From: Flavobacteriales bacterium
GTDB taxonomy: Bacteria > Bacteroidota > Bacteroidia > Flavobacteriales > CAJXXR01
NCBI GenBank assembly: GCA_049609625.1
Contig: JBMYYR010000001.1
Coordinates: forward strand, 3,644-67,643
Length of the DNA: 64,000 nucleotides
Reading direction: 5' to 3'
Below, piece by piece: positions 1 through 12,105 of this stretch (the first letter of the stretch is position 1; the number at the start of each line of letters is the position of its first letter). The notes under the pieces were generated by a model, which did no database searches, was not told where the DNA came from, and saw nothing but the letters and a program-made list of their open reading frames with translations. The position numbers and the translations under genes are program-made.

Positions 1-811
<811 letters not shown>

Positions 812-824
812 TTATAAAACCTTG

Positions 825-832
825 CAAAATTA
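825..832 (-). promoter_or_regulatory. Candidate Bacteroidota -7 box (TAATTTTG) for pyrG
   Basis: Reverse complement of caaaatta matches the TAnnTTTG consensus, 26 nt upstream of the pyrG ATG. Confidence 0.4.
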
Positions 833-842
833 AACTAAAATT

Positions 843-911
843 AAAAAGCAAGCCGCGCTTGCCAAACTAAATCAAAAAAACGTCTACTCAATAGGTCAGT
901 AGACGTTTTTT
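843..911 (-). terminator. Two tandem rho-independent terminators downstream of secA
   Basis: Hairpin cgtctact/agtagacg (881-905) and hairpin gcaag/cttgc (848-862). Each is preceded on the plus strand by an A-run, which is a U-run on the minus transcript. Confidence 0.7.
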
Positions 912-921
912 GTTTTGGATT

Positions 922-3900
922 TTAAGCCTTGCCGTGGCATTGCTTATATTTTTTTCCCGAACCACATGGACATGGCTCATTTCGACCAACTTTTGTGCTT
1001 TTAGCTTGCTTTGCAGGCTCTTCTCCACTTTTGTTTGTGGACAAAGCACGTGGATCTGGTTGCTGATTTAGGTTTTGTTGAGCTGATGACGAACTTGTCC
1101 AGCCTGAATTTGAAACTTGCTTAGCGTTTTGCTGTTGCTGATGTTTCAGTCTATCTTCTTCAGAAACTTCGGGCAAATCTGCTTTCGACAAGAAGGAAAC
1201 AATGTCTTTGTTTACTTTCGCCAGCATGGCTGTAAACAAGTTAAAGGATTCCATTTTGTAGATCAATAGTGGATCTTTTTGTTCGTAAACCGCATTTTGA
1301 ACCGAAGATTTAAGCGAGTCCATTTCTCGTAAATGCTCTTTCCACGCTTCATCAATAATGGCCAAAGAAATTGCTTTTTCTAAGCTCAGTGTGATTTCTT
1401 TTCCTTTGGAAGCTTTTGCTTCTTTTAGATTTACGGGCAGTTGCAGTGCTTTTACACCATCTGTAAAGGGCACCATCATGTTTTCAAACGTGGTTTCATT
1501 TTCGGAAATAACACGCTCAATAACAGGTAATACTCGCTGGCTAACTCGTTCGGCTTTGGCAGTATATTGCTCGCTCACGTAGTCATACAATCTTGAAACT
1601 AATTCCTGATCCTTACCTTCGTTAAATTCATCTTCACTAAACGGAGAATTGATTGCAAAAAAGCGGACTAATTCAAGTTTGAAGCCTTCAAAATCTTGAC
1701 TTGGTTTATAGGTTGAGATAATAAGTGCCGCCGTGTCATAAAACGTATTCGCAATATCTACAGAAAGACGTTCGCCAAACAAGGCATGACGACGACGTTT
1801 GTAGATCACTTCTCGTTGTGAGTTAATGGCATCATCGTATTCTAAAAGTCGTTTTCTGACTCCAAAATTATTCTCTTCTACTTTCTTTTGTGCTTTTTCT
1901 ATCGACTTGGTAATCATAGAATGTTGAATGACTTCGCCTTCTTCCATTTTCATTCTATCCATCATCTTGGCAATACGTTCCGAACCAAACAAACGCATTA
2001 ATTTGTCCTCTAAAGAAACAAAAAACTGCGAAGAACCTGGATCTCCTTGACGACCAGATCGACCACGAAGCTGACGGTCAACACGACGAGAATCATGGCG
2101 TTCTGTTCCAATAATGGCTAAACCTCCAGCTTGTTTAACTTCATCAGTCAATTTAATATCCGTTCCACGACCTGCCATATTGGTTGCAATAGTTACCGCC
2201 GAAGCAATACCTGCATTAGCAACAATTTCGGCTTCTCTACCGTGGTATTTTGCATTCAAGACATTATGTTTGATGCCTTTCATCTTTAAAAATCGAGATA
2301 ATAATTCCGAAATATCAACAGAGGTTGTTCCCACCAAAACAGGGCGACCTGCTTTGGTTAAAACCTCAATTTCTTCAACAACCGCATTATATTTTTCGCG
2401 GTTGGTTCTATACACTTTATCCTCTTCATCTTTTCGTTGAATAGGGCGATTGGTTGGAATAATAACCACGTCAAGTTTATAGATATCCCAAAGTTCTTTA
2501 GCTTCCGTTTCTGCCGTTCCCGTCATTCCCGTTAGCTTGTTATACATTCTAAAGTAGTTTTGAAGCGTTACGGTAGCAAAGGTTTGAGTGGCCGCTTCGA
2601 TATTCACATTTTCTTTAGCTTCAATGGCTTGATGTAGTCCGTCGGAATAGCGTCTGCCTTCCATAATACGACCTGTTTGCTCATCGACAATCTTAACTTT
2701 ATTGTCCATTACCACATATTCTACGTCTTTTTCGAACAAAGCATAGGCTCTCAACAATTGATTCATGGAATGAATACGCTCGCTTTTTATCGAGTATTCT
2801 CTCAATAACTCATCTTTAGCTTTTAGCGATTCGTCGTCGTCTTTACCGTCATATTTATTGAGCTCTGTACTCAAATCTGGAAGAACAAAAAACTGAGTAT
2901 CATTCACTCGGCTACTCAACAAATCGATACCTTTATCGGTCAATTCAATTTGATTATTTTTTTCTTCGATGGTGAAATAAAGCTCGTCATCAATCTTATG
3001 CATTTCCTTATTTTGGTCTTGCATATAGAAATTTTCCGTTTTTTGGAGCACTGTTTTTACACCGTCTTCACTCAAATATTTAATCAAAGCTTTGTGGCGA
3101 GGCAAACCTCTAAAGGCTCTTAATAGTTTTTCGGAACCGCCGTTGGTTTTATCGTTTTCGGCAATTAATTTTTTAGCATCAGAAAGTTCTGAGGTTACGA
3201 GCTTTCGCTGAGCCGAAACTAAAACATCGACATGAGCTTTGAGACTGTCAAATTGCTGATCTCCACCACCTTGAACAGGCCCAGAAATAATTAATGGCGT
3301 TCGGGCATCATCAATCAAAACCGAATCTACCTCATCGACAATAGCAAAATTGTGCTTGCGCTGAACCAAATCTTCTGGTCGTCTCGCCATATTGTCTCTC
3401 AGATAATCGAAACCAAATTCGTTGTTTGTTCCGTAAGTGATGTCCGCCAAATAAGCTGCTTTTCGCTCTGGGCTATTCGGTTGATGTAAATCGATACAAT
3501 CTACGGTCAAACCATGAAATTGGAAAATAGGTGCCATCCAATCACAGTCACGCTGAGCAAGATAGTTGTTTACGGTAACCAAGTGAACCCCTTTTCCTGT
3601 CAAGGCATTGAGGTAAACGGGCAAGGTAGCCACCAAAGTTTTACCTTCTCCAGTTTGCATTTCGGCAACTTTTCCTTCGTGCAATACTTTTCCTCCAATC
3701 AGCTGAACATCAAAATGAACCATATTCCATTTGATTTCGTTTCCACCAGCTTCCCAACTTGTATTCCAAAACGCTAAATCGCCTTCAATGTTCACATAAT
3801 CGTGTTCGAGCGCCAAATCTTCATCCAAAGTTTCTTTTTGAAGCTCAACACGGTCGTTTTCGGCAAAACGACGTGCCGTTTCTTTGACAACCGCAAAAGC

Positions 3901-4233
3901 TTCTGGTAAGATTTCTTCCAACACCGCTTCCGACTTTTCGTAAACTTGCTCTTCTAACGTATCAATTTCTTTGTAAAGAACTTCTTTTTTGTCAACGTCT
4001 TCGCTTTGATCAACTTCGGCTTTTAGCTCAGTAATTTTTTGTTCTAAATCGGTTGTTGCGTCCTGTATTTTAGCTCTAAATTCGTAACTTTTTGCTCTTA
4101 GTTCATTATTGCTAATATTCTGAATTTTAGCGTATTCAGCATTAGTTTTTTCAACAATGGGTTGTATAGTTTTGATGTCTCTATCGGTTTTTGAACCGAA
4201 CAATTGCGAGACTAAGTTTTTTAACACACTCAT
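922..4233 (-). CDS. secA: Preprotein translocase ATPase SecA
   Basis: 1103 aa with DEAD-motor motifs (MQTGEGKTLVATLP, DEVDSVLIDDARTPLIISG) and a C-terminal zinc-binding tail CPCGSGKKYKQCHG. Confidence 0.97.
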   Translation of the reverse strand: MSVLKNLVSQLFGSKTDRDIKTIQPIVEKTNAEYAKIQNISNNELRAKSYEFRAKIQDATTDLEQKITELKAEVDQSEDVDKKEVLYKEIDTLEEQVYEKSEAVLEEILPEAFAVVKETARRFAENDRVELQKETLDEDLALEHDYVNIEGDLAFWNTSWEAGGNEIKWNMVHFDVQLIGGKVLHEGKVAEMQTGEGKTLVATLPVYLNALTGKGVHLVTVNNYLAQRDCDWMAPIFQFHGLTVDCIDLHQPNSPERKAAYLADITYGTNNEFGFDYLRDNMARRPEDLVQRKHNFAIVDEVDSVLIDDARTPLIISGPVQGGGDQQFDSLKAHVDVLVSAQRKLVTSELSDAKKLIAENDKTNGGSEKLLRAFRGLPRHKALIKYLSEDGVKTVLQKTENFYMQDQNKEMHKIDDELYFTIEEKNNQIELTDKGIDLLSSRVNDTQFFVLPDLSTELNKYDGKDDDESLKAKDELLREYSIKSERIHSMNQLLRAYALFEKDVEYVVMDNKVKIVDEQTGRIMEGRRYSDGLHQAIEAKENVNIEAATQTFATVTLQNYFRMYNKLTGMTGTAETEAKELWDIYKLDVVIIPTNRPIQRKDEEDKVYRTNREKYNAVVEEIEVLTKAGRPVLVGTTSVDISELLSRFLKMKGIKHNVLNAKYHGREAEIVANAGIASAVTIATNMAGRGTDIKLTDEVKQAGGLAIIGTERHDSRRVDRQLRGRSGRQGDPGSSQFFVSLEDKLMRLFGSERIAKMMDRMKMEEGEVIQHSMITKSIEKAQKKVEENNFGVRKRLLEYDDAINSQREVIYKRRRHALFGERLSVDIANTFYDTAALIISTYKPSQDFEGFKLELVRFFAINSPFSEDEFNEGKDQELVSRLYDYVSEQYTAKAERVSQRVLPVIERVISENETTFENMMVPFTDGVKALQLPVNLKEAKASKGKEITLSLEKAISLAIIDEAWKEHLREMDSLKSSVQNAVYEQKDPLLIYKMESFNLFTAMLAKVNKDIVSFLSKADLPEVSEEDRLKHQQQQNAKQVSNSGWTSSSSAQQNLNQQPDPRALSTNKSGEEPAKQAKSTKVGRNEPCPCGSGKKYKQCHGKA

Positions 4234-4434
4234 GAGGTATTCTTAATGATTTTTCAAGCTAACAAAATTACATCTTTTGTCTCTTCTTAGCCGTATTCTT
4301 TCTAAATATTTTAAGCTCTAATAAATTGATTCATGTTGGAGAAACGATAAACCAAATAGTTTGCTATTTTGTACGTTGTGCTCTAGCTAGATGCGGGGCG
4401 TTTGTAATCCGTTTTTCTAGTTTTTAAAAACAAA

Positions 4435-4464
4435 CAAACCCAATTAGTTTTCTAATTGGGTTTG
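4435..4464 (-). terminator. Rho-independent terminator after the DUF2795 gene
   Basis: 13-bp perfect stem caaacccaattag/ctaattgggtttg with a tttt loop, 16 nt downstream of the stop at 4480. Confidence 0.65.
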
Positions 4465-4479
4465 TAATAATCAAGAGGC

Positions 4480-4701
4480 TTAGTATTCCTCTTCGTTCCA
4501 TAAAAAATCCTCTTCTGTGGGATAGTCGGGCCAGATTTCTTCAATAGATTCGTAGGTTTCGCCTTCGTCTTCCATTGCTTGTAGATTTTCTACAACCTCT
4601 AAAGGTGCGCCAGTTCTTATGGCGTAATCTATCAATTCATCCTTTGTTGCTGGCCAAGGTGCATCACTCAAATTTGATGCGAGTTCTAAGGTCCAATACA
4701 T
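4480..4701 (-). CDS. DUF2795-like small acidic protein
   Basis: MYWTLELASNLSDAPWPATKDELIDYAIRTGAPLEVVENLQ... Start trimmed to the ATG at 4701 because a -7 box lies inside the longer ORF. Confidence 0.7.
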   Translation of the reverse strand: MYWTLELASNLSDAPWPATKDELIDYAIRTGAPLEVVENLQAMEDEGETYESIEEIWPDYPTEEDFLWNEEEY

Positions 4702-4725
4702 AATGTTTGTGTTCTCAATTTTTTG

Positions 4726-4733
4726 CAAATATA
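4726..4733 (-). promoter_or_regulatory. Candidate -7 box (TATATTTG) for the DUF2795 gene
   Basis: Reverse complement of caaatata matches TAnnTTTG, 25 nt upstream of the ATG at 4701. Confidence 0.4.
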
Positions 4734-4893
4734 ACCGAAAAACAGAATTTCGCAAGGTTTAATCTTTTTTTAAACAAAATTTTAAGCCTTCTGTTTTTTT
4801 ATTTTTTTCATCAAAAAGTATACCAGTTAGGAATTTTGTTCAAGTTGCTGACAATCATTTTGTTATGTGTTCGTTTTTAAACTCAAATTTGCC

Positions 4894-6186
4894 TTAATAT
4901 GGATACCAGCCTTTCCACATCAGTTTCAGGCGCTCCAACCACGGGCGTTCTCGGGGATTATCGCCTGGTTGATAGAAGATTTTTTTAGAAAACGCTTCGG
5001 GCATAAATTCTTGTTGCACAAATTGATTCGGATAATTATGACTATATTTATAGTCTTTTCCGTAGTTTAAGGTCTTCATCAATTGGCTTGGAGCATTCCT
5101 GAGGGATAAAGGTACTGGCAAACTTCCAGAATTTCTAATTTCTCTTAAAGCTTGATTGATAGCTATATAGGACGCATTGCTTTTTTCTGAATTTGCCAAA
5201 TACACCACACATTGTGATAGTATAATCCGTCCTTCGGGCATGCCAATGGTTTGGATAGACGAAAAACAAGCATTTGCCATAATAAGAGCTGTTGGGTTGG
5301 CATTCCCGATGTCTTCCGAGGCTGAAATAATGAGTCTTCTGGCAATAAATTTCGGATCTTCTCCTCCGTCAATCATTCTTGCTAGCCAATAGACTGCTGC
5401 ATTTGGGTCAGATCCTCTTATTGATTTTATCAGCGCCGACACAATGTCATAATGCATCTCACCATTCTTATCGTATTGATTAGGTTGGTGTTTCAAGATT
5501 TCTCGACAAAATTCATCAGTAATTTGAACACCAGATTCTATATCGGCATGACCAAGAACATACTCGAGGGCATTGAGTAGGCGTCGGGCATCTCCGCCCG
5601 AAAACTGAAGTAGAACGGCCGTTTCTTTGAGTTCGATATTGAATTGCTTAAGATAGTCATCTTCAGTCAAAGCCCGATGTAAAAGCGACTCTAGATCTGT
5701 TTTGTCATGTGCTTGTAAAACAAAGACTTGACATCTGGAAAGTAGGGCAGAAATCACTTCAAAAGAAGGGTTTTCGGTGGTTGCGCCAATCAAAATGAGC
5801 GTTCCTTTTTCAACGGCATTCAAAAGGGCATCTTGTTGCGATTTTGAGAATCGATGAATTTCGTCGATAAACAACAAGGGTGTTTTGGTCTGAAACATGC
5901 GGTTGTCTTCCGCTTTTTTAATTGCTGCCCGAACGTCTTTCACTCCTGATTGAACGGCACTTAGTACTTCATAAGACCTGCCCGAATGCTTTGCAATAAG
6001 CTGAGCTAAGGTTGTTTTTCCTACGCCTGGTGGCCCCCAAAAAATCATCGAAGGTAGAAATGTGCTTTCCAACAAAGGTTTCAAGCTTCCCTTTTCGCCC
6101 ATCAAGTGCGCTTGCCCGATAAAAGCATCTAAAGTTTGTGGGCGCAAACGTTCGGCTAAAGGTATTTCGGTTTTGTTTTTTATCAT
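4894..6186 (-). CDS. rarA: Replication-associated recombination protein A (AAA+ ATPase, MgsA/RarA)
   Basis: Walker A GPPGVGKTTLAQ, Walker B LFIDEIHRF, and a C-terminal MgsA-type region (YDIVSALIKSIRGSDPNAAVYWLARM). Confidence 0.93.
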   Translation of the reverse strand: MIKNKTEIPLAERLRPQTLDAFIGQAHLMGEKGSLKPLLESTFLPSMIFWGPPGVGKTTLAQLIAKHSGRSYEVLSAVQSGVKDVRAAIKKAEDNRMFQTKTPLLFIDEIHRFSKSQQDALLNAVEKGTLILIGATTENPSFEVISALLSRCQVFVLQAHDKTDLESLLHRALTEDDYLKQFNIELKETAVLLQFSGGDARRLLNALEYVLGHADIESGVQITDEFCREILKHQPNQYDKNGEMHYDIVSALIKSIRGSDPNAAVYWLARMIDGGEDPKFIARRLIISASEDIGNANPTALIMANACFSSIQTIGMPEGRIILSQCVVYLANSEKSNASYIAINQALREIRNSGSLPVPLSLRNAPSQLMKTLNYGKDYKYSHNYPNQFVQQEFMPEAFSKKIFYQPGDNPRERPWLERLKLMWKGWYPY

Positions 6187-6223
6187 TTGCTAAATTGAAG
6201 AAATTTACGCTTTAAAATTACAT

Positions 6224-6265
6224 AAAAAAAGAGCGTAGATGAGTTAATATCTACGCTCTTTTTTA
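6224..6265 (-). terminator. Rho-independent terminator after the gyrA-TPR operon
   Basis: 11-bp stem agagcgtagat/atctacgctct flanked by an A-run and a T-run, between the TPR stop (6292) and the rarA start (6186). Confidence 0.75.
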
Positions 6266-6291
6266 AGATTGATCTGTTTTAAGACCTGTGT

Positions 6292-7458
6292 TTAGTTTCC
6301 GTATTTTTCTTTCAAAGCTTTCATTTCTTCTACTCGTTCTAGCTGATAATAAATGGTTCGAAGACCTGTGTAAATAGGCGAATTATCTGGTTGTAATTCA
6401 AGTATTTTTACCATAAACGGAATGGTTTTTTCATAAATTGCATTTCGTTCGGCACTTAGCTTATCTTCTTTAATACGATCGGCTTTAGAAAGTCCTAAAT
6501 CATTGATTTTATCACCAATAGCATTAGCTTCTTCGGTGTAAATATTGCTTAGGTTGATGTATGGATCGACGTAGGTTTCATCCAAAGCGATGGCTTGCTC
6601 ATACGAAGCAATGGCGGCGGCTTTATCAAAGCTCGAAACGGCATAACCTTTCATAAAATATAAGGTGGCGTTTTCTGGATCTTTGGCAATAGCTGCGTCT
6701 AGCGACGTGGATAGCTTATCCATTTCATTGGCTTCAATATAGTAGTTTACTTCTTCTAAAATAAGGTTTGGACAGTCGCCACAAATTTCTTTAGCTTTCT
6801 CTAAATCAGTAAGAAACGCATCGTTGTTGCCCATTTTAGTGTGGATTCTCAAACGCTCGATATGCATGGTTTCGTCTTGTGGCTTGAGTTCCAGATAGCG
6901 GTTCAGGTAGGGTAGGGCGGCTTCAGTTTCTTCTGCCTGAATCGAAATTATTGACGCATTTTTATACGTCGACGTATCGACCATGCCAATACTACTTGCA
7001 ACGGCTAATGAACCATCAAACAAACTTAGGGCTTCTTTAATTTCTCCAGCTTCGTGTTTTTTTATGGCTTCGTTGGCATAAAACACACGAATATTTGTTA
7101 GATATACTTTTGATTTAGCTTGGTTTGGAGATTTTACAATGTTAATGTCGTTTTCAAAAGCTTCTTTTGCCGAAGGTAGAAAGTCCATGCCATTATTGGT
7201 TTTTTTGGCATTTGTTTGTTTGTAAAGTTCAAAGTAAATTCGCCCTCTATTGAACCAAAACTTAGACAAATCTTTAGCTTTTGTCAAGTTTCCACCAGTT
7301 TTTACTTTCTCATAGGCTTTGTCGATAGCTTCTTTGGCTCCGTCATAATCTTTTTGTCTAAGCTCAAGAATAGCTTCGGTTAGATGCATTTTTTGTGCAA
7401 AACTTGGGAGAGTCGCACAACTTAGCATAGCTAAAATAATAGTGTGTTTAATCTTCAT
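6292..7458 (-). CDS. Secreted TPR-repeat protein
   Basis: Signal peptide [25 protein letters not shown]-like helical repeats, and an 11-nt overlap with the gyrA stop. Confidence 0.7.
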   Translation of the reverse strand: MKIKHTIILAMLSCATLPSFAQKMHLTEAILELRQKDYDGAKEAIDKAYEKVKTGGNLTKAKDLSKFWFNRGRIYFELYKQTNAKKTNNGMDFLPSAKEAFENDINIVKSPNQAKSKVYLTNIRVFYANEAIKKHEAGEIKEALSLFDGSLAVASSIGMVDTSTYKNASIISIQAEETEAALPYLNRYLELKPQDETMHIERLRIHTKMGNNDAFLTDLEKAKEICGDCPNLILEEVNYYIEANEMDKLSTSLDAAIAKDPENATLYFMKGYAVSSFDKAAAIASYEQAIALDETYVDPYINLSNIYTEEANAIGDKINDLGLSKADRIKEDKLSAERNAIYEKTIPFMVKILELQPDNSPIYTGLRTIYYQLERVEEMKALKEKYGN

Positions 7459-10018
7459 TGTTTTCTGTGTTTGTGTCGTTATTCACGTCGTTGTTCGTGT
7501 CGTTATCTAATGTTTCGTTTTGGTTGTCTTCAGTCAAAAATTCTGAATTTTCAGTAGCTTCCGTTTCTAATTCTTCAGCATTTTCATCTTTTTCTATTTT
7601 GGCAACAGCTGCTATTTCGTCATTCTTTCGTAAAGAAATCAAACGAACGCCCGAGGCTGCTCTTCCCATCACTCTAATGTCTTCCATTCCCATTCTAATC
7701 ATCAGACCAGATTTGTTGATAATCATCATATCATCTGTGTCTTTCACGTTTTTAATGGCAATCAAAGATCCTGTTTTTTCATTAATTGTAATGGTTTTTA
7801 CACCTTTTCCTCCTCGGTTTGTTACGCGATAATCTTCAACCAAAGAGCGTTTGCCGTAGCCTTTTTCCGAGACCACCAAAACACTTGTCAAAGGGTCTTC
7901 TACACAAACCATACCAACAATATGTTCGCCTTCGCCCAAAGTCATTCCGCGCACTCCTTTTGAGGTTCGCCCAACTGATCTTACTTTGGTTTCATTAAAT
8001 CGGATAGCCTTTCCAGTATTGAGCGCTAGCATAATTTCGTGCTCGCCACTGGTTAGTTTGGCTTCCAAAAGCTGATCACCTTCATTGATTACAATCGCAT
8101 TGATTCCGTTAACTCTTGGTCGAGAATAGGCTTCGAGTAGAGTTTTCTTAACCAATCCTTTTTTGGTAGCCATCACCAAATAATGCGAGTTGATATAGTC
8201 TTCATCTTTTAGATTTCCGGTATTCAAGTACGCCATCACTTTGTCGTCTTTCGGAATACTGATGAGGTTTTGAATGGCTCGTCCTTTCGCCGTTCTCGAT
8301 CCTTCTGGAATTTCGAAAACCCGCAACCAAAAACAACGTCCTTGCTCAGTAAGGAAAAGCATATAATCGTGATTCTTAGCCGTAAAAACGTCTTCTATAA
8401 AGTCTTTGTCTCTAGTCGAAGCGGCTTTTTGACCTACGCCACCGCGGTGTTGAGATTTGTATTCGATGAGTGGTGTACGTTTGATATAACCTGCATGAGA
8501 GGTCGTTACGACCACTTCTTCGTTCGGAATCATATCTTCCATAGAAAATTCGCCACCAACGTAGTTGATTTCCGTTCGGCGATCGTCTCCATATTTTTCA
8601 ATAATTTCTATGGTTTCGGCTTTGATGATGCCCATTCTTCGAGATTCATTATTCAAAATGTCTTTTAAATCATCAATTAAAACCATCAATTCTTGGTGTT
8701 CTTCTCGGATTTTGTCCGACTCTAAACCTGTCAGTTTTTGAAGTCTTAAATCGAGAATAGCACGCGCCTGAATTTCGGTTAAAGCAAAACGTTCTATTAA
8801 ACCATTTCGGGCAATTTCTGGAGATTTCGAAGCTCTAATAAGTTTAATAACTTCATCCAAATTGTCTAAAGCAATCAATAAACCTTCAAGAATATGCGCT
8901 CGTTTTTCGGCTTGTTCAAGCTCGTATTGTGTTCGTCTCACCACCACATCATGTCGGTGTTCGATGAAACATTCTAACATTTGTTTTAGGTTCAGAAGCA
9001 TCGGACGCCCTTTTACTAAAGCAATGTTGTTTACACTAAAGCTCGATTGAAGTTGAGTGTATTTATAGAGCTGATTTAGAACAACATGAGGTATGGCGTC
9101 TCGTTTAAGTTTATAAACAATTCGCATTCCTTTTCTATCCGATTCGTCATTCAAATCGGCAATACCTTCAATTTTTCCATCATTAACCAAGTCCGCCGTT
9201 TTCTTAATCATTTCGGCTTTGTTGACCATGTATGGAATTTCGTCTACAATAATGTATTCTCTGTCTTTGATTTCTTCAACACGAGCTTTGGCTCTCAAAA
9301 CCACACGTCCTTTACCAGTATGAAAAGCGTCTTTTACACCTTCGTAACCATAAATTAATCCGCCTGTTGGGAAATCGGGCGCTTTTACAAAGGCCATTAG
9401 TGAATCGATATCCAAACTTGGGTCATCAATCAAGCCCACAATGGCATTACAAACTTCGGTTAAATTGTGTGGTGGCATATTGGTAGCCATTCCAACCGCA
9501 ATTCCCGAAGCACCATTAACAAGTAGGCCAGGCACGCGCGTAGGTAGTACTTTTGGTTCTTTTAAGGTGTCATCAAAGTTCAGTTGGGTATCTACGGTGT
9601 TTTTTTCGATGTCGCTAAGCATCTCTTCTGAGATTTTTCTCAGTCGTGCTTCTGTATATCGCATCGCAGCTGGACTATCGCCATCTACCGAACCAAAGTT
9701 ACCTTGTCCGTCGACCAACATATAGCGCAAAGACCAATGCTGTGCCATCCGAACCATAGAATCATATACGGACGTATCGCCGTGTGGATGGTACTTACCA
9801 AGGACTTCACCGACAATTCTTGCCGATTTTTTATAAGCTCGGCTAGAGGTTACTCCAAGTTCGTACATTCCAAAAAGGACACGTCTGTGCACTGGCTTTA
9901 GACCGTCTCGAACATCTGGTAAGGCACGCGAAACAATAACCGACATCGAATAATCGATGTAGGCCGATCGCATTTCGTCCTCAATATTTATCTGTATTAT
10001 TTTTTCTCCTTCAGTCAT
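7448..10018 (-). CDS. gyrA: DNA gyrase subunit A
   Basis: 856 aa with the AAMRYTE active-site Tyr motif, the QRDR region [10 protein letters not shown], and an acidic D/N/E-rich C-terminal tail. Confidence 0.98.
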   Translation of the reverse strand: MTEGEKIIQINIEDEMRSAYIDYSMSVIVSRALPDVRDGLKPVHRRVLFGMYELGVTSSRAYKKSARIVGEVLGKYHPHGDTSVYDSMVRMAQHWSLRYMLVDGQGNFGSVDGDSPAAMRYTEARLRKISEEMLSDIEKNTVDTQLNFDDTLKEPKVLPTRVPGLLVNGASGIAVGMATNMPPHNLTEVCNAIVGLIDDPSLDIDSLMAFVKAPDFPTGGLIYGYEGVKDAFHTGKGRVVLRAKARVEEIKDREYIIVDEIPYMVNKAEMIKKTADLVNDGKIEGIADLNDESDRKGMRIVYKLKRDAIPHVVLNQLYKYTQLQSSFSVNNIALVKGRPMLLNLKQMLECFIEHRHDVVVRRTQYELEQAEKRAHILEGLLIALDNLDEVIKLIRASKSPEIARNGLIERFALTEIQARAILDLRLQKLTGLESDKIREEHQELMVLIDDLKDILNNESRRMGIIKAETIEIIEKYGDDRRTEINYVGGEFSMEDMIPNEEVVVTTSHAGYIKRTPLIEYKSQHRGGVGQKAASTRDKDFIEDVFTAKNHDYMLFLTEQGRCFWLRVFEIPEGSRTAKGRAIQNLISIPKDDKVMAYLNTGNLKDEDYINSHYLVMATKKGLVKKTLLEAYSRPRVNGINAIVINEGDQLLEAKLTSGEHEIMLALNTGKAIRFNETKVRSVGRTSKGVRGMTLGEGEHIVGMVCVEDPLTSVLVVSEKGYGKRSLVEDYRVTNRGGKGVKTITINEKTGSLIAIKNVKDTDDMMIINKSGLMIRMGMEDIRVMGRAASGVRLISLRKNDEIAAVAKIEKDENAEELETEATENSEFLTEDNQNETLDNDTNNDVNNDTNTENNED

Positions 10019-10380
10019 ACGTTTTTTGTTCTATTTTTTTCAACGTACGAATATACTTTTTTATTCAAAAATAGAGAAGTCTTTTGGGGCTAAATTATCT
10101 TTTATTTTCTCAAATCCGAAAAATCTATAAAACCTAATTTGAGCCATTGATATTATCAGAATTTGTACTGAATTTTGACGCATGATTAGTGTTTAAAACG
10201 GGTAGTTGTTTTAGCTTAGATAGACTGATTAATCTATAAGGAATCAGGATTCAGATCCGTAGTGTCTATTTGACTTTTCTTTCAAAAAAATCTATAGGTC
10301 ATTAATTTGAAGATCATTACTCAATGTCTGACGAGTCATAAGTAATTGATTATTAGTACAATTAACTTTTAGTTTAACCA

Positions 10381-10408
10381 AAAAAAGGAGCTAAACCAGC
10401 TCCTTTTT
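10381..10408 (-). terminator. Rho-independent terminator after pyrH
   Basis: aaaaaa-ggagct-aaacc-agctcc-ttttt, 23 nt downstream of the pyrH stop. Confidence 0.7.
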
Positions 10409-10430
10409 ATCATATCGTCATCAAAAAAAA

Positions 10431-11138
10431 TCAATTACTAACCAAAGTCCCAATAGCTTCTCCAGCTAATAATTTCTTAAGATTCCCTTTGGTGTTGATA
10501 TCAAAGACAATGATGGGAATATTGTTGTCTTTGCAGAGTGCAAAAGCCGTTAAGTCCATGATGTGAAGGTTCTTTTCAAAAGCTTCATCCAAACTTAAAC
10601 GATCATATTTTACAGCATTTGGATCTTTTTCTGGATCAGCAGAATAGACACCATCCACTCGAGTTCCTTTTAGAATAATATCAGCTTCAATTTCGGAAGC
10701 TCTAAGTGCTGCTGCCGAATCAGTCGTGAAAAACGGATTTCCAGTTCCTCCAGCAAAAATAACCACTCTGTTTTTTTCTAAATGTCGGATGGCTCTTCGG
10801 CGAATAAAAGGTTCTGACACTTGATGGATGTCAATAGAAGACATCACGCGAGACTCTACGCCATTGGCTTCCAAAGCACTTTGCAAAGCCAAAGCATTAA
10901 TTACCGTTGCCAACATACCCATATTGTCGCCTTGTACACGTCCAATATCGGAGCCAATCGTGTTTAAACCACGGAAAATATTACCTCCACCAATAACAAC
11001 CGAAACTTGCGCACCCATGTCTACTGCCGATTTCACATCTAAAGCATAATGTGTTAGCATTTTGGGTTCGATACCGTAACCGTTTTCTCCCATCAACGAT
11101 TCGCCACTCAGTTTGATTAATATTCTTTTGTATTGCAT
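10431..11138 (-). CDS. pyrH: UMP kinase
   Basis: [15 protein letters not shown]... with the GGGNIFRG motif. Confidence 0.96.
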   Translation of the reverse strand: MQYKRILIKLSGESLMGENGYGIEPKMLTHYALDVKSAVDMGAQVSVVIGGGNIFRGLNTIGSDIGRVQGDNMGMLATVINALALQSALEANGVESRVMSSIDIHQVSEPFIRRRAIRHLEKNRVVIFAGGTGNPFFTTDSAAALRASEIEADIILKGTRVDGVYSADPEKDPNAVKYDRLSLDEAFEKNLHIMDLTAFALCKDNNIPIIVFDINTKGNLKKLLAGEAIGTLVSN

Positions 11139-11155
11139 GATTTTGGTTTTTTGGC

Positions 11156-11193
11156 AAAAAAAAAGAGAAAACTAAATTTTCTCTTTTTTTTTA
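11156..11193 (-). terminator. Hairpin terminator/attenuator between tsf and pyrH
   Basis: Stem agagaaaa/ttttctct flanked by long A and T runs. Confidence 0.6.
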
Positions 11194-11198
11194 AATGA

Positions 11199-12029
11199 TT
11201 ATGATAAACTACAACGCTTAAAGGCTGTTACTTTCAAATCTTTATCTCCTGTTTGAACGTATTTTTCAACAGTCATTTTAGAGTCTTTAATGAAGGATTG
11301 TGAAACAAGTGTATTCTCTTTAAAGAACTTGTTCAAACGTCCCATTGCAATTTTATCTAACATCGCTTCTGGTTTCCCTTCTTGGCGAGCTAAATCTTTT
11401 CCAACTTCTAATTCTCTGTCAATAGTCGATTGTTCAACAGCGTCTTTGTCTAAAGCAATTGGGTTCATTGCAGCAGCTTGCATCGCTACATCTTTTGCAA
11501 TTTCTTCCGCTTTATCAACGTTTTTGTTGAGTGCCACGATAGTTGCCAAACGGTTACCAGCGTGTACATAAGAACCAACGAAATCAGAATCAAGACGCTC
11601 GAAGAATTTTACTTCAAGTTTCTCTCCGATAACACCAGTTTGTTCAACCAATTTATCAGCTAAAGGCATTCCACCCATATCAAGAGCCATTAATTCTTCA
11701 GCTGTTTTTGGGCTGTTGTCTATGGCTAAGTTAAGTATTTGTGTTGTTAGGTCAACAAAGGTATCATTTTTAGCTACGAAATCAGTTTCGCAGTTCAATG
11801 ACACAATATAACCAACAGTTGCATCTTGGTTTACACCAGCTAAAACAGCACCTTCAACAGCATCACGATCAGCACGCTTTGCAGCTACTTTTTGTCCTTT
11901 TTTTCTAAGGATATCGATCGCTTCTTCGAAGTTTCCTTCGGCTTCAACAAGGGCTTTTTTACAGTCCATCATACCAGCTCCGGTATGTTTTCTAAGTTTA
12001 TTTACTTCGGCAGCAGTAATTTTTGCCAT
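11199..12029 (-). CDS. tsf: Translation elongation factor Ts
   Basis: MAKITAAEVNKLRKHTGAGMMDCKKALVEAEGNFEEAIDILRKKG (UBA-like N-terminus). Confidence 0.96.
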   Translation of the reverse strand: MAKITAAEVNKLRKHTGAGMMDCKKALVEAEGNFEEAIDILRKKGQKVAAKRADRDAVEGAVLAGVNQDATVGYIVSLNCETDFVAKNDTFVDLTTQILNLAIDNSPKTAEELMALDMGGMPLADKLVEQTGVIGEKLEVKFFERLDSDFVGSYVHAGNRLATIVALNKNVDKAEEIAKDVAMQAAAMNPIALDKDAVEQSTIDRELEVGKDLARQEGKPEAMLDKIAMGRLNKFFKENTLVSQSFIKDSKMTVEKYVQTGDKDLKVTAFKRCSLS

Positions 12030-12105
12030 GGTATATATGTTTTTCTTGGTTTAGATAAAACACTTGATTCCGATCTAAATGTTAGATCGGAATCAAGACT
12101 TAAAT

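Noticed and set aside
7458-9901. Series of plus-strand ORFs (7458-7832, 8270-8668, 8862-9050, 9086-9358, 9441-9725, 9704-9901)
   Set aside because: All are antisense shadows of gyrA. The translations are low-complexity and F/S-rich, and none is conserved-looking.
10195-10275. tRNA-like fragments (tagcttagatag; ggattcagatcc) in the gyrA upstream region
   Set aside because: No acceptor-stem pairing. The putative T-arm has a 4-nt loop instead of 7, and no anticodon arm can be drawn.
10326-10345. CTGACGAG resembling the hammerhead ribozyme CUGANGA core
   Set aside because: There is no downstream GAAA core element and no compatible stems I-III, so this is a chance match.
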